From Candidatus Omnitrophota bacterium (GTDB lineage Bacteria > Omnitrophota > Gorgyraeia > Zapsychrales > Zapsychraceae): a stretch of 64,000 nucleotides of DNA. The stretch is taken from positions 64,076 to 128,075 of the forward strand of contig DOGZ01000006.1 in the NCBI GenBank assembly GCA_003528115.1. Reading direction: 5' to 3'. Positions 19,047-28,643 of the stretch are shown piece after piece. The notes under the pieces are model-generated. The model did no database searches. It was given only the letters and a program-made list of their open reading frames with translations, and was not told where the DNA came from. Each line of letters begins with the position of its first letter. Positions within the stretch are counted from its first letter, which is position 1. The position numbers were made by a program, and so were the translations under genes.

Positions 19047-19477
19047 TGGGGGATCGGCATTAAAGATACTTCATTGGTTTTGACCAGCCATTCAACATGG
19101 TCATCCTCCTTAAGCCCCATGTCCCCAACGGATCTCGTGGAAATGATTGATTCAATCCATTTGCCCCGGTAATCCAAAATAATTTTACTTAAGACCGGCC
19201 CCGTTTCCACCTTCTTTATTCTCGCCGGAAAACGGTTCCTAAAACTGATAAGTCCTGATAAATTCTTGGCAATACCGACTTCTGTTTCTTTAAAAAGAAG
19301 GTGCGCCTTCTCGGCCAACTTATAGTGAAACGGCCCCTTTTTCCCTTCAAGAATGATCGAACTGAAAATGTCGCCGTCCACATCCACATTGATCATAGAA
19401 ATCATGTCTGAAGAATGGATATCGACGATAGTTCCCATGAGCGTATTCATCAACGTTCCCCCTCTTTCAATTGTCAT
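19043..19477 (-). CDS. tandem TOBE (Mop) molybdate-binding domain protein
   Basis: 144 aa with two N-x-L-x-G-x-V type TOBE repeats (NTLMGTIVDI..., ...SFRNRFPARIKKV). Embedded in the mod operon. Confidence 0.65.
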   Translation of the reverse strand: MTIERGGTLMNTLMGTIVDIHSSDMISMINVDVDGDIFSSIILEGKKGPFHYKLAEKAHLLFKETEVGIAKNLSGLISFRNRFPARIKKVETGPVLSKIILDYRGKWIESIISTRSVGDMGLKEDDHVEWLVKTNEVSLMPIPQ

Positions 19478-19481
19478 GGTG

Positions 19482-20303
19482 CTACGGTAAAACGTACCCG
19501 TGTTTTTGATAAATTTCTCTGGCCCGGGAAGAAAACAGAAACGCGTAAAACTTCTCCGCCGCCAAAAGATTATGCTCTTGGGCGTGTTGCAGGATCACGA
19601 CCCCTTGCGCGATCGGCTCATAGGTTTCTGGATCGATTTCCATCCACCATCCCTGATTTATCATCCTCGGCGACCGTACGACCGATTTGGCCGTGAAACC
19701 GATATCAACGGCCTTTAAGGTGATGAACTGATTCACCTGGGCCACACTTTCCCCGTAAACTATTTTCTTGTTCACCGCTTCATAAAGCCCTTCCTGCTTG
19801 AGAACTTGAACCGCTTGCCGGCCATAAGGAGATATTTTAGGATTGGGGAGGGCGATTTTTTGAATCAAAGGCGACTTCAGGATATTTAACCCCGCCGATA
19901 AATCCATCTTCTTCCCTGTCCACAAAACCAGCGTTCCGTAAGCGTAAACTTCGGGTCGGCGCGGCGCGAGGCCTTTATGATACAACCCTTGCGGATACTC
20001 CATATCCGCCGAAAGAAACAGATCAAACGGCGCCCCTTGTTCAATCTGGGAAACGATTTTACCGGAAGAACCTATGACGCCTTTCAGAGGGATCTTTTCC
20101 GTTGTTTCAAAAACCATCTTTAATTCCTCAAAGACATACTGCGCGTTGGACGCCACGGCAACGGTCAATCCGTCGGCAAAGCAAAGGCCGGAAAATATAA
20201 TACTGAAAATAAATACGATGACCGTCCGCGCCAATTTTAGCCCGCGTTTCTCAAGAGAAAGGACGTTATGATATCCCTGCTTTCCTAATAAAAAACTTTT
20301 CAT
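19482..20303 (-). CDS. modA: molybdate ABC transporter periplasmic binding protein
   Basis: 273 aa with signal peptide, LTVAVASNAQYVFEEL... typical ModA N-terminus. Operon context. Confidence 0.8.
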   Translation of the reverse strand: MKSFLLGKQGYHNVLSLEKRGLKLARTVIVFIFSIIFSGLCFADGLTVAVASNAQYVFEELKMVFETTEKIPLKGVIGSSGKIVSQIEQGAPFDLFLSADMEYPQGLYHKGLAPRRPEVYAYGTLVLWTGKKMDLSAGLNILKSPLIQKIALPNPKISPYGRQAVQVLKQEGLYEAVNKKIVYGESVAQVNQFITLKAVDIGFTAKSVVRSPRMINQGWWMEIDPETYEPIAQGVVILQHAQEHNLLAAEKFYAFLFSSRAREIYQKHGYVLP

Positions 20304-20893
20304 CCGCCCTCTTTTGCCGAACCCTTATTCAAAATCCCCGAAGACCAAATATCCATTACGGATTCAATGGCCTCGGGAAACGAGATCCTTTCTTCCCGGA
20401 GGAACTCCGGATTCAATACCTGGTCAATAGCGCCTAAATAAACACCCACGGCAACTGAGGGATGCACATTTCTAAATGCCCCCGCTTTTATCCCTTTTTG
20501 AATCTGTTCTCGAATATTTTGGATTTTCTCATTCCTGAACTTCGTAAAATCCTCATACAACAGCGGCACTTCTATCTTGATGTCTCCTAAAAAATGCTCG
20601 AACCATGGACCGAGCTGTTTTTGAATAAAAAACACACTCTTGCTAATAACCTCAAGGGAATCCGGATGAGCTTCTTCTATAAGATGCAACTCTTGATTAA
20701 TCTGATCTTTCAATCCCGAAAAAAGACCTTGGGCGATATCCTCCTTGCTGGGGAAGTATTTATAAATCGTATTCTTACTCATCATGAGGCCCTGCGCGAT
20801 CTCATCCATCGTGACTTTACGATAACCTGAGCGCATCATCAGCGTCATGGATACATTCAAAATTTTCTCTTTGATCCCATCGTTTAACTTCAT
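20300..20893 (-). CDS. TetR/AcrR-family transcriptional regulator
   Basis: N-terminal HTH (RSGYRKVTMDEIAQGLMMSKNTIYKYFPSKEDI). Overlaps modA start by 4 nt. Confidence 0.75.
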   Translation of the reverse strand: MKLNDGIKEKILNVSMTLMMRSGYRKVTMDEIAQGLMMSKNTIYKYFPSKEDIAQGLFSGLKDQINQELHLIEEAHPDSLEVISKSVFFIQKQLGPWFEHFLGDIKIEVPLLYEDFTKFRNEKIQNIREQIQKGIKAGAFRNVHPSVAVGVYLGAIDQVLNPEFLREERISFPEAIESVMDIWSSGILNKGSAKEGG

Positions 20894-21007
20894 AGGAGAT
20901 TATCATAAATTTATAAATACTCATTTAGTCTTTACAGTATTCTATTAATAAACTATTCGCTGTCAAGAGGTTTTTTTGTGATCAACCCAAATCAAATAAA
21001 AAATTAT

Positions 21008-21035
21008 CTTGACAAAAAGTAAATTAATTCTATAC
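21008..21035 (+). promoter_or_regulatory. sigma70-like promoter for Rrf2-sulfate transporter operon
   Basis: TTGACA (21008-21013), 16-nt spacer, TATACT (21030-21035), about 27 nt upstream of the Rrf2 ATG at 21063. Confidence 0.45.
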
Positions 21036-21062
21036 TCTACTCATTCTATGGGATATTAGATT

Positions 21063-21518
21063 ATGTTATCAAAGAAAACCAAATACGGCTTAAAAGCTCT
21101 TATTTATTTAACACGGCATTATACCAAAGGCCCTGTTCTTATCACGGATCTGGCCGCCTCTGAACACATTCCAAGAAAATTCCTGGAAACCATTTTGCTG
21201 GAATTAAAAAATAGGGGCGTATTGCAAAGTAAAAAAGGCCCTGGCGGAGGGTATTCCCTGGCGCGTCCTCCCCGGGATATTAAATTAGGCGAGATTGTTC
21301 GCTTGCTCAATGGGCCGTTAGCTCCGGTGAGCTGCGTGAGTCAGACAGCCTATCGGCGGTGCGAAGAATGCGCCGATGAAAACTCCTGCGGGATTCAAAT
21401 TGTGATGAAGGATGTCCGGGATGCCATCGCCCAAATCCTTGATTCAACGAGTTTTGACGATATCGTCCGCCGGATCCAGGAACAAACAGAAAAAGATATT
21501 TTTAATTTTATAATCTGA
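21063..21518 (+). CDS. Rrf2-family (IscR/CymR-like) transcriptional regulator with Cys cluster ligands
   Basis: [19 protein letters not shown]... is an Rrf2 wHTH. Three Cys ([19 protein letters not shown]) as in Fe-S-binding Rrf2 members. Confidence 0.8.
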   Translation: MLSKKTKYGLKALIYLTRHYTKGPVLITDLAASEHIPRKFLETILLELKNRGVLQSKKGPGGGYSLARPPRDIKLGEIVRLLNGPLAPVSCVSQTAYRRCEECADENSCGIQIVMKDVRDAIAQILDSTSFDDIVRRIQEQTEKDIFNFII

Positions 21519-21528
21519 GACAACGCTC

Positions 21529-22542
21529 ATGAAACTTAAATTCCTTTTAATATTTTTCTTACCGGCAATTTTATGGATAACTTTCTCCGGCACCGTTTCA
21601 CGGGCAAAAAAAATAACCCTCTTAAACCTCTCTTACGATCCCACCCGCGAATTATACGAGGAGTTTAATAACGCCTTCGCCAAACATTGGAAGAACCAAA
21701 CCGGTGAGGATGTCACCATTTATCAATCCCACGGCGGCAGCGGTAAACAAGCCCGAACGATCATTGACGGTTTGGAAGCGGATGTCGTGACCTTGGCCCT
21801 GGCTTATGACATTGATGCCATTGCGGAAAGGGCCGGCCTCTTGGATCAAAATTGGCAGTCGTTGTTACCGAACAATAGCTGCCCGTACACCTCAACCATT
21901 GTCTTCCTGGTCCGCAAAGGGAATCCCAAGAATATCCGGGACTGGGACGATTTAGCCAAACCAGGCATCCAAATTATTACTCCCAATCCCAAGATCTCCG
22001 GCGGTGCCAGATGGAATTATTTGGCGGCCTGGGGGGTCGCCTTGCATAAATGGGATCGTGATGAACAAAAGGCCATGTCATTTTTAAAAACCATTTTCAA
22101 AAACGTGCCTGTCCTGGATTCCGGGGCCCGGGGGGCGGCCACGACATTCATTGAACGCAAAATTGGAGATGTCCTGATCACGTGGGAAAATGAAGCTTAT
22201 CTGGCGGTCAATAAACTCGCCGGCGATCAGTTTGAAATTATCGTCCCTTCATTAAGCATTTTAGCAGAACCGCCGGTGGCCCTCGTTAAGCGTAACGCGG
22301 ATCAGCATGGCACGCGCCGGATGGCTGAAGAGTATCTCAAATATCTTTATTCTGAAGAAGGGCAAATAATCGCGGCGCGACATTATTTTCGACCACAATC
22401 AGAATCAGTCGCTCAAAGATACGCGGACCAATTTCAACCTGTTAAACTCTTTACGATCAAGGATGTCTTCGGCAGTTGGAAGAAGGCGCAAAGAACGCAT
22501 TTCTCCGATGGCGGCACCTTTGATCAAATTTATGAAAATTAA
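21529..22542 (+). CDS. sbp: sulfate/thiosulfate ABC transporter substrate-binding protein
   Basis: 337 aa with signal peptide. Sbp/CysP-like. Followed by cysT, cysW and cysA. Confidence 0.8.
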   Translation: MKLKFLLIFFLPAILWITFSGTVSRAKKITLLNLSYDPTRELYEEFNNAFAKHWKNQTGEDVTIYQSHGGSGKQARTIIDGLEADVVTLALAYDIDAIAERAGLLDQNWQSLLPNNSCPYTSTIVFLVRKGNPKNIRDWDDLAKPGIQIITPNPKISGGARWNYLAAWGVALHKWDRDEQKAMSFLKTIFKNVPVLDSGARGAATTFIERKIGDVLITWENEAYLAVNKLAGDQFEIIVPSLSILAEPPVALVKRNADQHGTRRMAEEYLKYLYSEEGQIIAARHYFRPQSESVAQRYADQFQPVKLFTIKDVFGSWKKAQRTHFSDGGTFDQIYEN

Positions 22543-22579
22543 ATTACCCTAAAAAACTTTTAACAACTTCTCTATTACT

Positions 22580-23413
22580 ATGTTTCTCCTTAAACAACGC
22601 TCCTCACTACCCGGGTTTCATTTGGCTTTAGGCTATACCGTATTTTACTTAAGCCTGATTGTTTTGATCCCGTTATCGACGCTCTTTATCAAATCTTCCT
22701 CTTTGGATTGGAAGACGTTTATAGACATTGTCTCCGCCCCGCGCACTTTAGCCGCCATCCGGTTGAGTTTCAGCACCGCTTTTGTGGCAGCCTCGGTCAA
22801 TGTTTTCTTCGGGTTCATGATCGCGTGGGTCCTGGCGCGCTATCGCTTTCCGGGCAAAAAAATTATCGACGCGCTCATTGATTTCCCCTTCGCCTTACCC
22901 ACGGCGGTGGCGGGAATTGCCTTAACCGCGCTTTATTCCCCCCACGGCTGGGTCGGCCGGTATTTATATTCCTGGGGCATTGAATCCGCCTATAGTCCTC
23001 TGGGGATTACCTTGGCGCTCATTTTTATCGGCCTGCCTTTTGTTGTCCGCACGATTGAGCCGGTTATCCAAGAACTCGACCCTGAACTGGAAGAAGCCGC
23101 GGCCAGCCTTGGCGCCGGACGTTGGCAGACGTTTGGACGGGTACTTTTCCCGGTTTTGCTGCCGCCGCTTTTGACGGGATTTAATCTGGCTTTTGCCAGG
23201 GGCATTGCGGAATACGGATCCATTATTTTCATCGCCGGCAATATGCCCGGCAAAACCGAGATCGCGCCTCTTTTAATTATCACGAAGCTGGAACAATTTG
23301 ATTACACCGGAGCGACCGCGATTGCCGTCGTCATGTTAACCATTTCATTTATTCTTTTGGCTATAACAAATTTCTTACAATGGTGGGCATCTAAACGCAT
23401 TGGAATCAATTAA
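22580..23413 (+). CDS. cysT: sulfate ABC transporter permease CysT
   Basis: 277 aa, 6 TM, EAA loop (EAAASLGAGRWQTFGRVLFP). Operon position. Confidence 0.8.
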   Translation: MFLLKQRSSLPGFHLALGYTVFYLSLIVLIPLSTLFIKSSSLDWKTFIDIVSAPRTLAAIRLSFSTAFVAASVNVFFGFMIAWVLARYRFPGKKIIDALIDFPFALPTAVAGIALTALYSPHGWVGRYLYSWGIESAYSPLGITLALIFIGLPFVVRTIEPVIQELDPELEEAAASLGAGRWQTFGRVLFPVLLPPLLTGFNLAFARGIAEYGSIIFIAGNMPGKTEIAPLLIITKLEQFDYTGATAIAVVMLTISFILLAITNFLQWWASKRIGIN

Positions 23414-24257
23414 CATGTCTCAATCTCGACAGGAACCAACCATCATCCGACGAATACTCATTACCATCGCCTTATGGTATATAGGGTTTTTCTTGGTTTT
23501 ACCTTTAATGATCGTCTTTGCCTCGGCGCTCCATCAAGGCGTCGGCGTTTACCTAAGCTCGCTCCATGATCCTATGACCCTGGCCGCCATTCGCCTGACG
23601 CTCCTGACAGCGGTTGTCGCTGTGCCCCTCAATCTTTTTTTCGGCATTGCCGCCTCGTGGGCGATTGTGAAATTTGATTTCCGGGGGAAGAATCTCCTCC
23701 TGACGCTCATTGATTTACCTTTATCCGTTTCCCCGGTGATCTCCGGCTTAATTTACGTTTTACTGTTTGGCGCCCATGGCGCGTGGGGGCCTTGGCTAAA
23801 GGCGCACGGGATTCAAATTATTTTTACACCCGCGGCCATTATTCTGACGACGCTTTTCGTCACCTTCCCCCTGGTGGCCCGTGAACTGATTCCCATGATG
23901 AAAACCCTGGGCAACGATGAGGAAGAGGCGGCCATCACCCTCGGCGCCGGCGGATTTAAAACATTCTGGTATGTGACGTTGCCGAATATCAAGTGGGGGC
24001 TGTTGTACGGTGTGCTTTTATGCAACGCGCGGGCTATGGGGGAATTCGGCGCCGTCTCCGTCGTTTCCGGACATATCCGCGGCCTCACCAACACCCTGCC
24101 GCTTCATATTGAAATTTTGTATAACGAATATCAGTTTACAGCCGCCTTTGCCGCGGCCTCTCTTCTGGTTTTTCTGGCCCTGGTCACATTGGTGGCCAAG
24201 TCATTGATTGAACTAAAATTTAAAGCAGAACAGATGCCGCTGCTCAAGGGGAAATAA
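23400..24257 (+). CDS. cysW: sulfate ABC transporter permease CysW
   Basis: 285 aa permease paralogue with EAA loop (EEAAITLGAGGFKTFWYVTLP). Overlaps cysT by 14 nt. Confidence 0.8.
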   Translation: MESINMSQSRQEPTIIRRILITIALWYIGFFLVLPLMIVFASALHQGVGVYLSSLHDPMTLAAIRLTLLTAVVAVPLNLFFGIAASWAIVKFDFRGKNLLLTLIDLPLSVSPVISGLIYVLLFGAHGAWGPWLKAHGIQIIFTPAAIILTTLFVTFPLVARELIPMMKTLGNDEEEAAITLGAGGFKTFWYVTLPNIKWGLLYGVLLCNARAMGEFGAVSVVSGHIRGLTNTLPLHIEILYNEYQFTAAFAAASLLVFLALVTLVAKSLIELKFKAEQMPLLKGK

Positions 24258-24345
24258 CTGACCTGCCGACTTCCATAAAAAGCAATGAAACACTTTGGTC
24301 GTCAGCCCCAACTGTTCTGCGTTAATTATTCATGGGAGAACATCT

Positions 24346-25404
24346 ATGAGCATTGAAGTCAAAGGCGTATCCAAGACATTCGACACATTCAAGGCCCTGG
24401 ATCGCGTCGATTTAAACATTGAGACCGGCGAACTCCTCGCCCTTCTGGGGCCTTCCGGATCAGGAAAAACGACCCTCCTGCGCATCATTGCCGGGCTGGA
24501 AGTCGCGGATGAAGGCCAAATTCTTTTTCACGGTGAGGATACCAAAGAAAGGAAGGTCAAGGACCGCCAGGTAGGGTTTGTTTTCCAGCATTACGCGCTG
24601 TTTCGCCACATGACCGTTTTTGAAAACATTGCTTTCGGCTTACGGGTTAAACCCAAACATCTGCGCCTGTCCGACGCACAAATCAAAGAAAAAGTTCACG
24701 GGCTTTTGCGATTAATCCAGTTGGATTATATCGGAGAGCGTTACCCCTGGCAACTCTCCGGCGGACAACGCCAGCGCATTGCCCTGGCCCGGGCTTTAGC
24801 GGTTGAACCTAAAGTGCTTCTTTTAGATGAACCTTTTGGTTCTCTGGACGCGCAAGTGCGTAAAGAACTGCGTCAATGGCTGCGCCGGTTTCATGATCAA
24901 CTGCATATCACCAGCCTGTTTGTCACTCACGACCAGGAAGAAGCGCTGGAAGTGGCGGATAAAATTGTCGTCATGAATAAGGGGCGTCTGGAACAGGTGG
25001 GAACGCCGGAGGAGGTGTATCATAAACCGGCGAATAAATTTGTCTTAAACTTCTTGGGGAACGTCAACTTCTTCCATGCGCGGGTTGTAGACGGAAAAGC
25101 CTACCTGGGCAACGCCATGATCGACCTGCCGGATCTGCATAAAAACAGCAAGACGGCCAGTCTTTTTGTCCGGCCGCATCAGTTTGAACTCACCCGTCAG
25201 CCTAAAGACGGTTCATCGCTCAAGGCTGTCGCACTCACCATTAATCCCGCCGGCTCCGTCGTCAAAATCGATTTAAAATCCGAGGGAGGCGACACTTTCC
25301 AGGCCGAAATCACGCAAGAGGAATTTCAGGCCCTGCGTTTTCAGAAAGGCGACACGATCTACGTCTCCCTGCGCCAGGTAACGTATTATGAATATGAAAT
25401 CTGA
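24346..25404 (+). CDS. cysA: sulfate ABC transporter ATP-binding protein CysA (start taken at ATG 24346, MSIEVKG...)
   Basis: Walker [10 protein letters not shown], signature [15 protein letters not shown], Walker B LLLDEP, C-terminal TOBE-like domain. Confidence 0.8.
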   Translation: MSIEVKGVSKTFDTFKALDRVDLNIETGELLALLGPSGSGKTTLLRIIAGLEVADEGQILFHGEDTKERKVKDRQVGFVFQHYALFRHMTVFENIAFGLRVKPKHLRLSDAQIKEKVHGLLRLIQLDYIGERYPWQLSGGQRQRIALARALAVEPKVLLLDEPFGSLDAQVRKELRQWLRRFHDQLHITSLFVTHDQEEALEVADKIVVMNKGRLEQVGTPEEVYHKPANKFVLNFLGNVNFFHARVVDGKAYLGNAMIDLPDLHKNSKTASLFVRPHQFELTRQPKDGSSLKAVALTINPAGSVVKIDLKSEGGDTFQAEITQEEFQALRFQKGDTIYVSLRQVTYYEYEI

Positions 25405-25450
25405 TCCTTCGTACTAACCGTCCCATTCCTTGCCGCGGTTAACCAGGAAA

Positions 25451-27871
25451 TTATTCCAGATGTTGAATCCTTAAATCGCCGAAGGAACGGATCACGAAAT
25501 ACAAAGACGCGAGGAAAAAGAGAATCGCTAAAATAAGATTGACCTGGGGATCCAGCTCAATGGCGATCTCAACAGCCAGAAGTCCGAACAGCGTTGTAAA
25601 TTTTATCAAAGGATTAATCGCGACTGACGACGTGTCTTTAAACGGATCTCCAACGGTATCTCCGATCACCGTGGCCGCGTGAAGAGCCGTTCCTTTTTGA
25701 TCTTTGTATTTCACTTCAACCAACTTTTTCGCGTTGTCCCACGCCCCGCCGGCATTGGCCATGAAAATCGCCTGAAACAACCCAAAGATCGCCAATGAGA
25801 TCAAATACCCGACAAAAAAGAACGGATTAAAACAGGCAAAGGCCAACGTGCTCAAAAGAATCACCAGAAAGATATTCACCATGCTTTTCTGAACAAACTT
25901 TGTGCAAATTTCCACAACCTTCTTGCTGTCCTCAACCGAAGCCTTTGTCGCGCCTTCAAGTTTTATATTATCTTTAATAAAAGCGACCGCGTGATACGCC
26001 CCGGCCGTCACGGCGTGCAACGACGCGCCGGTAAACCAATAAATCACCGCGCCGCCGGCAATTAATCCCAGAAAAAACGGAGGATAGAGAAGAGAAAGTT
26101 TTTCGATATTCACCGTTAACCCGTGCGTAAGGATGACGATGATCGAAAAAATCATCGTCGTAGCCCCAACGACCGCCGTCCCGATAAGGACCGGTTTGGC
26201 CGTAGCCTTAAACGTATTACCGGCGCCGTCATTGGCTTCAAGATTATTTTTCGCTATCTCAAAATCAGGCGTAAATCCGAATTTTTCTTTGATCTCTGTC
26301 TTGATATTCGGGATTCCCTCAATGAGAGAAAGTTCATAAATGGATTGGGCATTGTCCGCGACGGGCCCGTAAGAATCCACGGCAATCGTCACCGGCCCCA
26401 TCCCCAAGAAGCCAAAGGCGACCAGTCCGAAGGCGAATATCGCCGGCGCGATCATAAGATCCGCCAAACCCTGCAAACTTACCCAATACGACATCCCCAT
26501 CAAAAACATAATCACCATCCCCATCCAGTACGCGCTGAAATTACCCGTTGTTAATCCCGCGAGAATATTGAGAGACCCGCCGCCCTTTTTAGAAAATTCA
26601 AAGATGTTTCTTACATAAATGGACTCCGTGGAGGTGAACACTTTGACTAATTCCGGAATCAAGGCCCCTGCAATGGTGCCGCACGAAATAATAGCGGCCA
26701 GCTTCCACCACAACGTTCCGCCGCCAAGCTCCGGGATTAAAAGATACGATGTGATAAACGTCAAGATAATCGATATGATCGACGTAATCCATACCAGCGA
26801 GGTCAACGGGATCTCATAGTTCATTTCTCGCGCATTTCCAAAACGGGCAAAGGAGATCATGCCATTGATCCAATACGCGAGACCGCTGGCGATAATCATA
26901 ATCAGCCGCATAACGAAAATCCAGACAAGAAGCTGAACTTGAAGAACGGGTTCAGGGATAGCCACCAGGATAAACGTAATCAGAGCGACCCCGGTGACGC
27001 CATACGTTTCAAAGCCGTCGGCCGTCGGCCCCACCGAATCACCGGCATTATCTCCCACGCAATCAGCGATAACGCCCGGATTACGGGCGTCGTCTTCCTT
27101 AATATTAAACGCGATCTTCATGAGGTCAGATCCAATGTCCGCGATCTTTGTAAAAATCCCGCCGGCGATCCTCAGCACGGACGCCCCCAAAGACTCCCCG
27201 ATCGCGAAACCTATAAAACACGGCCCCGCGTACTGAGGATCGATAAAAAGGAGGATACACAACATGATAAAAAGTTCGACGCTTACCAACACCATCCCAA
27301 GACTCATCCCCGCCTGCAAGGGGATAGAATAAACAGGATACGCTTTCCCTCTGAGACTGGCAAACGCGGAACAGGAATTAGCCATCGTATTAATCCGCAT
27401 CCCAAACCAGGCGACAAAATAACTTCCCGCGATACCTACCAAACTGGAAGCAACGATCATCGCCACCTTCGCGGCCTCAAAATGACGCAACACGCCGAAA
27501 TAACCGATAATAATAAGTCCTATGACCAGCTCCAGCCAAAGAATAAATTTTCCCTGCTCAATAAGATATGTCTTGCATGTGGCATAAATAAGTTCGGCAA
27601 CCTCGCGCATAACTTCATGAGTTTCAATCTTCCTGATCTGAAGGAACTGGACCAGGCCGAAAAGAAATCCAAACCCGCAGATGATCATCCCCCAGAGAAG
27701 GATCGCGTGACCGTTCATTTTCAAGAACGTCTCCGAAGACAAATCCGGGATAATCAAATCCGCCTCGCTCGCCCAAACGGGCTGGGCGACGGCCATCAAT
27801 CCCATCAGAATCATAAATAAAATTGTCCTAAAAAATCTTCCTTTTCCCGCGTCGAAAATGCGCATTATCAT
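25451..27871 (-). CDS. hppA: membrane-bound H+-translocating pyrophosphatase, K+-independent type
   Basis: DCVGDNAGD and VIGDTVGDPFKDTS motifs. GNTFKATAK carries Lys where K+-dependent enzymes have Ala (GNTTAAIGK). 806 aa, about 16 TM. Confidence 0.8.
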   Translation of the reverse strand: MIMRIFDAGKGRFFRTILFMILMGLMAVAQPVWASEADLIIPDLSSETFLKMNGHAILLWGMIICGFGFLFGLVQFLQIRKIETHEVMREVAELIYATCKTYLIEQGKFILWLELVIGLIIIGYFGVLRHFEAAKVAMIVASSLVGIAGSYFVAWFGMRINTMANSCSAFASLRGKAYPVYSIPLQAGMSLGMVLVSVELFIMLCILLFIDPQYAGPCFIGFAIGESLGASVLRIAGGIFTKIADIGSDLMKIAFNIKEDDARNPGVIADCVGDNAGDSVGPTADGFETYGVTGVALITFILVAIPEPVLQVQLLVWIFVMRLIMIIASGLAYWINGMISFARFGNAREMNYEIPLTSLVWITSIISIILTFITSYLLIPELGGGTLWWKLAAIISCGTIAGALIPELVKVFTSTESIYVRNIFEFSKKGGGSLNILAGLTTGNFSAYWMGMVIMFLMGMSYWVSLQGLADLMIAPAIFAFGLVAFGFLGMGPVTIAVDSYGPVADNAQSIYELSLIEGIPNIKTEIKEKFGFTPDFEIAKNNLEANDGAGNTFKATAKPVLIGTAVVGATTMIFSIIVILTHGLTVNIEKLSLLYPPFFLGLIAGGAVIYWFTGASLHAVTAGAYHAVAFIKDNIKLEGATKASVEDSKKVVEICTKFVQKSMVNIFLVILLSTLAFACFNPFFFVGYLISLAIFGLFQAIFMANAGGAWDNAKKLVEVKYKDQKGTALHAATVIGDTVGDPFKDTSSVAINPLIKFTTLFGLLAVEIAIELDPQVNLILAILFFLASLYFVIRSFGDLRIQHLE

Positions 27872-28085
27872 TTCAACTCCTCTCTTTGTTTTATATTATT
27901 AGCAGGCGTCATTATAACAACCACCCCCGCCCAACACCAGAGAAAATCAGGCTTTTTTTGGCTCTTTTTTTAGTTTTTCAAATACTTTCTCTGTTTCCCA
28001 TTCATAAAAAAATGGCGAAGCATGCTTTTCAGGGGTGCTTCGCCACTAAAATCCGCCACTACCTATTGCTTCAACGACTACTGCA

Positions 28086-28277
28086 TTAATTGTTGAGGAG
28101 GTCTTCTTTCTTTTTCTCAACATAATCTATGAGCCCTGCCAGGCGCTCAACTTCTAGTTCTAGATCTTTGCTATGACCACCGTACTCAAACCATACTTTA
28201 TTATTCTTGTGCCATTCATAAAATTGTTTGCCGAGATCATGAAAAAAACGATTATTCATAGACGTTACTCCACGCAA
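28086..28277 (-). CDS. hypothetical small protein
   Basis: 63-aa ORF, no recognisable motifs. Confidence 0.25.
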   Translation of the reverse strand: MRGVTSMNNRFFHDLGKQFYEWHKNNKVWFEYGGHSKDLELEVERLAGLIDYVEKKKEDLLNN

Positions 28278-28636
28278 TTAAATAACGCACACAAGACACG
28301 CTTCGTCATGCCAGAAATTCTGCCCGCACCGTAAGCGGCATCATCGATGAAATCCCAAGGATGCACATCCTTGAGGTTGGTTTTAAACTGCTTTGTCACT
28401 TCCTTAAACATCGAAATTGTTTCCTCGGTGATCTTTTTGGTCTTGGGGCCTTTAACCTTATGATGATCGTCAAGAATGATGTTCGCAACGCGCTCCGCGC
28501 TGCGCGAAAAACTTTGACCAATTCCTGTCACGGATTTCTTTATGGCTGAGGCCTTTCGGTCTTGCCCTTTATTTCTTTTTTGTTTCGTTGCGCCTGCTAT
28601 AGTTTCATTCACGGTATATGTCCGATTATAAGCCAT
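28265..28636 (-). CDS. hypothetical protein (start trimmed to ATG at 28634-28636, MAYNRTYTV...)
   Basis: The ORF-track 202-aa frame overlaps the upstream HEAT gene in another frame. An internal Met downstream of the HEAT-gene stop gives a non-overlapping 124-aa product. Confidence 0.3.
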   Translation of the reverse strand: MAYNRTYTVNETIAGATKQKRNKGQDRKASAIKKSVTGIGQSFSRSAERVANIILDDHHKVKGPKTKKITEETISMFKEVTKQFKTNLKDVHPWDFIDDAAYGAGRISGMTKRVLCALFNCVE

Positions 28637-28643
28637 AAATTTT

